Source of the DNA: Gynuella sp.
GTDB lineage: Bacteria; Pseudomonadota; Gammaproteobacteria; Pseudomonadales; Natronospirillaceae
NCBI GenBank assembly: GCA_028282465.1
Contig: JANQHX010000094.1
Span: forward strand, 38,265 to 70,264
DNA length: 32,000 nucleotides
Reading direction: 5' to 3'
Shown: piece after piece, positions 25,916-32,000 of the stretch
Position numbering within the stretch: position 1 is the stretch's first letter
Layout of the letters: the number at the start of each line of letters is the position of its first letter
Notes under the pieces: model-generated
Seen by the model: the letters and a program-made list of their open reading frames with translations, nothing else
Told to the model about the DNA's origin: nothing
Databases searched by the model: none
Made by a program: the position numbers and the translations under genes

Positions 25916-28900
25916 TTGGAGTCAATTTTGGACGAAATTAAAAAGGAAGAGTTTAATTTAGAAAGTCCATCGCACTTTGTTGGTATAGGAGCTTCCGCAG
26001 GTGGGCTGGAAGCCTTGCAAGTTTTTTTTCGTCACCTACCTAGCAATACCGGTGCATCCTTTATTATTGTTCAGCACCTTTCCCCAGATTATAAAAGCAT
26101 GATGCCCGAATTGCTGAGCAAACATACCAGCATGAGTATTCATCTAGTGGAAGATGGGATTGCCTTAGAGCCAGATTCTATTTACTTAATGCCTCCTCGA
26201 AAAAATATGTTGCTGGGTGAAGGCAAGCTCTTTTTATCCGAACAAATGCCAGAAGCCAATGTGCATATGCCCATTGATACTTTTTTACGTACATTAGCAG
26301 AAGACCAACAACACAAAGGTATTGGTATTGTGCTGTCAGGTACTGGTAGCGATGGCACAAGAGGTATCAAAGCTATTAAGGAGGCAGGTGGACTTGTTAT
26401 CGTTCAAGAACCAAGCACAGCCAAGTTTGATGGCATGCCAATCAGCGCTTTAAAAACCGGCTTAGCAGATATATTGTTGGCTCCAAAAGACATGGGAGTC
26501 ACACTTGCAAAATTTATCGAACATCCATCCATTTCAGGAAAAGACTCATCCATTAAATATTCGGTTGGGCTCGAAGACGATACCTTCAGTGAGATCTTTC
26601 AGCTACTCAAAAATGAATCTTCAATTAATTTTTCTCAATACAAAGCATCCACAGTAGCAAGAAGGATAGAACGACGACTGGGAATTAATCAGCTTACCTC
26701 TTTGGAGTCTTACCTAAAACTTTTACTGGACTCACCCAAAGAGCTTCAAACCCTTAGTAAAGAATTACTTATTGGCGTAACGCGATTTTTTAGAGACGAT
26801 GAAGCTTTTAGTAAATTAACAACCACAGTGGTACCTGCCATTGTGGAAAAAGCACACAAGTACGAAGAGGAGATTCGAATATGGGTGGCCGGATGCTCTA
26901 CCGGTGAAGAAGCCTATTCCATTGCCATTCTCTTTGATGAATACATGCAAAAGAAAGACATGGTATGTCCGGTTAAAATATTTGCTACCGATGTCGATAA
27001 AGAAGCCATTTCAGAAGCCAGCTATGGTATTTACTCAATTGACATTTTGCAGGACCTTACTGAAGAGCGGTTAAGTCATTACTTTGAATTGAGAAAAGAC
27101 AAATATGTGGTATCAAGCCGTATAAGACAAATGGTGATATTCGCCTCTCATAACATGATTGAAGATCCACCGTTTTCGAATCTAGACTTAGTTACTTGTA
27201 GAAATGTACTAATTTATTTTCAGCACTCAGCTCAAAAACGGGTTCTAGCCTCTCTCCATTTTGCTTTGAATAAAGAAGGCTACTTATTATTAGGGGCGTC
27301 AGAAACGCTCGGCGACCTTGCTACTCACTTTTATAAAGTAGATGAACGTGCAAAAGTTTTTTTAAAAATAAGCAACCTTAAAGTACCCTTCGCAACAGCG
27401 CCAGGCCAATCAGACTCTGAAGTTGCTCGGTTAGCAGCACCTGGGCTAGGCATGTCGACAACAGCGAACATCACGAAAAAGATCACACAAATTTCAAGAG
27501 GGCCAATGGAAGCCGTACTTGAAAGATTGGTCAGTGAGTACTCACCCAATTGCATAGTGATTAACCAAGAAGTGGGTACTGAAGGTCAGCTCGGCGGCAA
27601 AGCCGAAGTGCGAGGTGTGTCTGGTGCTTGGCAAGAGCTCACAGACAACGTAAACGGCATGGCCGACAACCTCACTAATCAGGTTCGAAACATTGCCACC
27701 GTAGCAACCGCAGTGGCCAATGGTGACCTTAGCCAGAAAATTACAGTAGATGCTCGCGGCGAAATTCTAGAACTGAAAAACACTATCAACACCATGGTGG
27801 ACAAGCTTACCCGATTTGCTGCAGAAGTTACTCGAGTGGCGCAGGAGGTAGGTACCGAAGGTAAGTTAGGTGGACAAGCAGAAGTAAGTGGCGTAACTGG
27901 AGCCTGGGGAGACCTAACCTTTAACGTCAACAAATTAGCCAACAACCTGACTGACCAGGTGCGAGATATTGCGCGGGTGGCACAAGCCGTTGCTAACGGT
28001 AACCTGGAACAAAAGATCACGGTGGAAGCACAAGGCGAAGTGCTCGCGCTGAAAGAAACCATTAACTCCATGACAGAAACTCTGTCTTTGTTTGCTAACC
28101 AAGTAACCAGTGTTGCGAAAGAAGTGGGGACTGAGGGTAAGTTGGGCGGTCAGGCCGATGTACCTAACGCAGAAGGTATTTGGAAAGACCTTACCGAAAA
28201 CGTTAACGAACTGGCAGATAACTTAACCCGTCAGATTCGCGCCATTTTAACCGTGGTAACCGACGTAACCGAAGGCAACTTAACCGGCAGCATTGACGTG
28301 GTTGCAAAGGGAGAAGTTGAGACCTTGAAAAATGGTCTTAACCAAATGATTAAAACCCTGAAGGACACATCAGACATTAACTTTGAGCAAGACTGGCTTA
28401 AAACCAACCTGTCTAACTTTAGCCAGTTAATGCAAGGCAATAAAGATTTGCAATCTTTGGCTGATGTGGTGATTCAAGAACTTTGCCCGGCCATTGAAGC
28501 ACAGCATGGTGTGTTTTATTTACTAGATGAAGGCTCAGAGGATAGACCAAAAACGCCTGAGCTAGTCTTGCTGGCAAGCTATGCTTATCACGAGCGTAAA
28601 TCTGTGGCGAACGCCTTTGAGCTCGGCCAAGGTTTAGTTGGGCAAGCCGGGCGTGAGAAAAAACGAATTTTGGTTCACCAGGCTCCCGATGATTACATCA
28701 AAATTGGCTCTGGCTTAGGTGATGCATTGCCACTGCATATTGTAGTCATTCCTGTATTGTTTGAAGGTGAGTTACTGGCTGTGATTGAGCTTGCATCTTT
28801 TAATCATTTCACTGACAACGAACTGAACTTTCTCGATCAACTTGCTGCAAGTTTAGGGGTGGTAGCGAACGCGGTGAAAGCCAGTGCCCAAACTGAACGA

Positions 28901-31288
28901 TTGCTGCAAGCGTCACAATCACTTTCTCAAGAACTTCAGGATCAGCAGGCTGAGCTCACTGAAACTAACCAGAAGCTTGAAGTTCAAGCGAAAAACTTGC
29001 GAGAGTCTGAATCGAAATTAAAAAGTCAGCAGGAAGAACTTCAACAAACCAATGAAGAGCTGGAAGAAAAATCAAGAGTACTGGCTGACCAGAAACGAGA
29101 GGTGGAACAAAAGAATCGTGAGGTTGAAATTGCCAAAGTTGAGATTGAAGAAAAAGCGCAACAATTGGCTGTGTCTTCCCGTTATAAATCTGAATTCCTG
29201 GCAAACATGTCTCATGAATTGAGAACACCACTAAACAGCTTAATGGTGCTCTCTGATGGTCTGCGCAAAAATATTGATAAAAATCTGACCGACAAACAAA
29301 TCGAAAAAATGAGTACCATCCATGATTCCGGTATTGAATTATTAGAGCTCATCAATGAAATTTTGGATCTTGCAAAAATTGAAGCGGGTAAAATGTCAGT
29401 GCAAATTGGTGATATTTTCCTTCAGCGATTAACTAACTGGGCTGAACGGGGCTTCTCACAACTAGCTGAAAATAAAGGTCTGAAATTCCTAACCTCAATT
29501 GATGAAAATCTACCCGCAGCTATTCAAACGGATGAAAAACGATTACAACAAGTTATTAAAAACTTTTTATCCAATGCCATTAAATTTACTGAAAAAGGCA
29601 AGGTATCGCTTGATATATACCAAGCCTCTCATGGTTGGAGTTCTAGTAACCAGTCACTGAACCAAGCCAATATTGTGATTGCATTTGCGGTGCAAGATAC
29701 TGGTATTGGTATACCAGAAGACAAACATCAAGTTATTTTCGAGGCTTTTCAACAAGCCGATGGTACAACAAGCAGACGCTTTGGTGGCACAGGCTTAGGA
29801 CTTTCCATTAGCCGTGAGATCGCAGGTATTATGGGTGGTGAAATTACACTGCAAAGCACTGTCAATGAAGGCAGCGTATTCACGCTATTCCTGCCTCAGG
29901 TATTTCCTAATCCAACGCAAAAAGAACCTGAGCCTATAAGAAGTACACCAACGCCCTTACCTAGCTCAAGTATAAGTGCTGCCATTCAAAATGCTGACCC
30001 TGCCACTCCATCTTATTTGCTACAAAATGAGAGAACCGCCGTTATTGAAGCACCCACAAGTTCAGAGATGGAAGACGATAGAGTTAATATAAAAGCAGGT
30101 GACCGAACAGTTCTAATTATTGAAGACGATTTAACCTTTGCCAAAGTGTTGCTAGATCGAGCTAGAGAACAGGGGTTCAAAGGCATTGTAGCAACCCAAG
30201 GAGATACCGGCCTGTATTGTGCTCAGGAATACAGGCCAGACGCTATTATTCTAGATATACGCTTACCAGTCATGAATGGCTGGACTGTGCTAGACCGAAT
30301 AAAACATGATGCCAATATAAGACACATACCCGTTCATGTTGTATCAGCCGATGACGTTGCTTACCGAGGCCTCAAACATGGCGCCATTTCCTGTTTACAA
30401 AAACCCCTAGATGAAGATCACCTAGTCAGTATGTTTAACAGCATATCTGTATTTAATCAGGAAAAAGTACGTCACCTGTTGGTGATAGAAGATGATGAAA
30501 GCCAGCGTAAAGCCATTGCAGATCTAATTGGTAATGGTGACGTGCATACCAGTACCGCAGCTACCGCATTGGAGGGTTTGGAACTGTTAGAAAAACAAAC
30601 CTTCCATTGTTTAGTGTTAGACCTAATGCTGCCAGACATGAGTGGTTTTGAACTCATTGAAAAAATAAAACAAAACGAAAATTTGCTTAACCTTCCAATT
30701 ATTGTTTACACCGGCAAAGAACTCACTGAGCATGAAGAAACAAGGCTTCGTTCTGTAGCAGAAACCATTATTGTGAAAAACGTTCGATCTCCTGAGCGCT
30801 TGCTCGATGAAACGGCTTTGTTCCTGCATCGAGTTGAGGCCAATCTACCCGAATCTAAAAGGCAAATGCTGCAACAGGTTCATGAAAGTGACCCTCAATT
30901 AGCTGGTAGAAAAATCCTTATCGTGGATGATGATGTACGCAATATCTTCACATTAACCTCAGTATTCGAAGCTCATGAAAGCGTAACGGTTTATGCCGAA
31001 AGTGGTAAAGAAGCGATAGAGATTCTGGAGAAAACACCAGACATTGAAATAGTACTCATGGATATCATGATGCCAGAAATGGATGGTTATGAAACCATGC
31101 GCCGTATTCGACAGAAGCCAGAATTTGTTGATCTCCCTATTATTGCAGTAACGGCTAAAGCCATGAGAGAAGACCGACAAAAATGTTTAGACGGGGGGGC
31201 ATCTGATTACCTTGTGAAACCGATAGATACTGAGCAGCTATTGTCTTTAGTGCGTGTTTGGTTATATCGCGAGCCTGGATTGAATTAG
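25916..31288 (+). CDS. CheB-methylesterase / CheR-methyltransferase / poly-HAMP / GAF / hybrid histidine kinase with three receiver domains
   Basis: 1790-codon ORF only 26 nt after the GGDEF-EAL stop. No in-frame ATG precedes the first domain. The start is TTG at 25916 or, more likely, TTG at 25928, which is 6 nt after GGAG.
- CheB: [23 protein letters not shown] (about 25970-26500).
- CheR: [27 protein letters not shown] (about 26580-27370).
- Three 92-aa HAMP-pair repeats (27566-28393).
- GAF (about 28400-28890).
- Coiled coil (28895-29200).
- HisKA: SHELRTPLN (His codon 29213-29215).
- HATPase_c: [17 protein letters not shown].
- REC domains at about 30104-30420, 30470-30830 and 30908-31265. 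Confidence 0.92.
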   Translation: MESILDEIKKEEFNLESPSHFVGIGASAGGLEALQVFFRHLPSNTGASFIIVQHLSPDYKSMMPELLSKHTSMSIHLVEDGIALEPDSIYLMPPRKNMLLGEGKLFLSEQMPEANVHMPIDTFLRTLAEDQQHKGIGIVLSGTGSDGTRGIKAIKEAGGLVIVQEPSTAKFDGMPISALKTGLADILLAPKDMGVTLAKFIEHPSISGKDSSIKYSVGLEDDTFSEIFQLLKNESSINFSQYKASTVARRIERRLGINQLTSLESYLKLLLDSPKELQTLSKELLIGVTRFFRDDEAFSKLTTTVVPAIVEKAHKYEEEIRIWVAGCSTGEEAYSIAILFDEYMQKKDMVCPVKIFATDVDKEAISEASYGIYSIDILQDLTEERLSHYFELRKDKYVVSSRIRQMVIFASHNMIEDPPFSNLDLVTCRNVLIYFQHSAQKRVLASLHFALNKEGYLLLGASETLGDLATHFYKVDERAKVFLKISNLKVPFATAPGQSDSEVARLAAPGLGMSTTANITKKITQISRGPMEAVLERLVSEYSPNCIVINQEVGTEGQLGGKAEVRGVSGAWQELTDNVNGMADNLTNQVRNIATVATAVANGDLSQKITVDARGEILELKNTINTMVDKLTRFAAEVTRVAQEVGTEGKLGGQAEVSGVTGAWGDLTFNVNKLANNLTDQVRDIARVAQAVANGNLEQKITVEAQGEVLALKETINSMTETLSLFANQVTSVAKEVGTEGKLGGQADVPNAEGIWKDLTENVNELADNLTRQIRAILTVVTDVTEGNLTGSIDVVAKGEVETLKNGLNQMIKTLKDTSDINFEQDWLKTNLSNFSQLMQGNKDLQSLADVVIQELCPAIEAQHGVFYLLDEGSEDRPKTPELVLLASYAYHERKSVANAFELGQGLVGQAGREKKRILVHQAPDDYIKIGSGLGDALPLHIVVIPVLFEGELLAVIELASFNHFTDNELNFLDQLAASLGVVANAVKASAQTERLLQASQSLSQELQDQQAELTETNQKLEVQAKNLRESESKLKSQQEELQQTNEELEEKSRVLADQKREVEQKNREVEIAKVEIEEKAQQLAVSSRYKSEFLANMSHELRTPLNSLMVLSDGLRKNIDKNLTDKQIEKMSTIHDSGIELLELINEILDLAKIEAGKMSVQIGDIFLQRLTNWAERGFSQLAENKGLKFLTSIDENLPAAIQTDEKRLQQVIKNFLSNAIKFTEKGKVSLDIYQASHGWSSSNQSLNQANIVIAFAVQDTGIGIPEDKHQVIFEAFQQADGTTSRRFGGTGLGLSISREIAGIMGGEITLQSTVNEGSVFTLFLPQVFPNPTQKEPEPIRSTPTPLPSSSISAAIQNADPATPSYLLQNERTAVIEAPTSSEMEDDRVNIKAGDRTVLIIEDDLTFAKVLLDRAREQGFKGIVATQGDTGLYCAQEYRPDAIILDIRLPVMNGWTVLDRIKHDANIRHIPVHVVSADDVAYRGLKHGAISCLQKPLDEDHLVSMFNSISVFNQEKVRHLLVIEDDESQRKAIADLIGNGDVHTSTAATALEGLELLEKQTFHCLVLDLMLPDMSGFELIEKIKQNENLLNLPIIVYTGKELTEHEETRLRSVAETIIVKNVRSPERLLDETALFLHRVEANLPESKRQMLQQVHESDPQLAGRKILIVDDDVRNIFTLTSVFEAHESVTVYAESGKEAIEILEKTPDIEIVLMDIMMPEMDGYETMRRIRQKPEFVDLPIIAVTAKAMREDRQKCLDGGASDYLVKPIDTEQLLSLVRVWLYREPGLN

Positions 31289-31290
31289 TG

Positions 31291-32000
31291 ATGATTGAAA
31301 CCGACGATAGCCTGTCTGGAAAAAGTAAGGCCTATAAAGAACAACCTAGACTTTATTCCAATGTAGAAACGGATAACCTGACAGATATAGAACTGAATCT
31401 GTTAACAGAGGCTATTTATGCTTATCGCGGTTTCGATTTTAGAGATTACGCGAGGGAGTCACTGCAACGCCGAGTCTTTAACTTAATGGAGCTGGAAGGT
31501 TTAGCCACTATTTCGGCGCTACAAGAAAAGGTGCTACACGAAAAATCAGTCATGGAAAGGTTTTTATTAGCCATGTCCATTAATGTGACTGACATGTTTA
31601 GAGACCCGGAAACTTTCTTAATTTTCCGCGAAAAAGTAATACCTATTCTTCGAACCTATCCATCAATACGCATTTGGCATGCAGGATGTTCAACAGGAGA
31701 AGAAGTCTATTCTCTAGCTATTTTACTTGAAGAAGAGCATCTAATAGACAAAACACAAATTTATGCCACCGACATAAATGAAGCGGTACTAAAAACTGCT
31801 AAGCAGGGAGTTTATCCTTTAAGCGTAATGCAAGGCTATACTAATAATTATATGAAAGCAGGAGGCAAAAGAGCTTTTTCTGAGTATTACCATGCCAGTC
31901 ATGAACATATTATTTTTAAGCCTTCTTTACGCGACCGAGTTGTATTTGCACGACACAATTTAGTAAGTGATGCATCCTTTAACGAATTCAATGTTATATT
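31291..32000 (+). CDS. Stand-alone CheR-type protein-glutamate methyltransferase (3' end beyond window)
   Basis: Open frame from the ATG at 31291 (TAGTGATG junction with the upstream stop) to the window end. It is absent from the ORF track because no stop is reached. Translation by hand gives ...AIYAYRGFDFRDYARESLQRRV...MFRDPETFLIFREKVIPIL...[23 protein letters not shown]...IYATDINEAVLKTAKQGVYP, matching CheR N-domain and SAM-binding motifs. Confidence 0.88.
   Translation, partial: MIETDDSLSGKSKAYKEQPRLYSNVETDNLTDIELNLLTEAIYAYRGFDFRDYARESLQRRVFNLMELEGLATISALQEKVLHEKSVMERFLLAMSINVTDMFRDPETFLIFREKVIPILRTYPSIRIWHAGCSTGEEVYSLAILLEEEHLIDKTQIYATDINEAVLKTAKQGVYPLSVMQGYTNNYMKAGGKRAFSEYYHASHEHIIFKPSLRDRVVFARHNLVSDASFNEFNVI

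Noticed and set aside
27679-28071. 130-aa antisense ORF inside the kinase gene
   Set aside because: It lies entirely within the poly-HAMP repeat on the opposite strand. Its Ser/Thr/Ala/Arg-rich, repetitive translation is the expected antisense artefact of a GC-richer repeated coding segment.
25106-31180. Minus-strand ORFs within the signalling genes (25106-25354, 26178-26370, 27331-27555, 28231-28440, 28965-29231, 30472-30829, 30959-31180) and plus-strand ORF 26841-27074
   Set aside because: All are nested in two long ORFs with contiguous, recognisable domain series. None has independent signals.

Overview
This is a chromosomal segment from a moderately AT-rich (roughly 40-45% GC by eye) marine-type gammaproteobacterium. 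The comM/yifB - rep - cytochrome c5 neighbourhood looks Pseudomonas/Oceanospirillales-like. Contents from left to right:
- an acidic lipoprotein with a vWA-like DxSxS motif;
- a convergent OM beta-barrel protein with a C-terminal SPOR-like domain;
- a two-gene RND efflux pair (adaptor + permease) with no OM factor;
- comM/yifB;
- a signal-peptide ankyrin-repeat protein in an AT-rich gap;
- the rep helicase;
- an orphan small ORF;
- cytochrome c5;
- a tRNA-Arg(CCG) locus flanked by decayed tRNA-derived copies: two 5' halves with a hairpin insert upstream, and a 135-bp tandem repeat downstream that carries the tRNA 3' end plus a terminator;
- a nine-gene Mrp-like cation/proton antiporter operon on the minus strand, in the order E-F-G-B-C-D-D-small-D;
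- a plus-strand signalling operon: a GAF-PAS-PAS-GGDEF-EAL protein, a 1790-aa CheB-CheR-polyHAMP-GAF-HisKA-HATPase-REC-REC-REC megaprotein, and a second stand-alone CheR cut by the window end.

The best candidate for an undescribed system is this last operon. Chemotaxis-type methylation and demethylation enzymes are physically fused to a hybrid histidine kinase, no MCP/CheA/CheW is visible, and the gene is apparently co-transcribed with a c-di-GMP enzyme. I saw no CRISPR array, transposase, integrase or phage genes. All functional calls rest on motif recognition by eye. No database search or folding computation was possible, so novelty claims are provisional.
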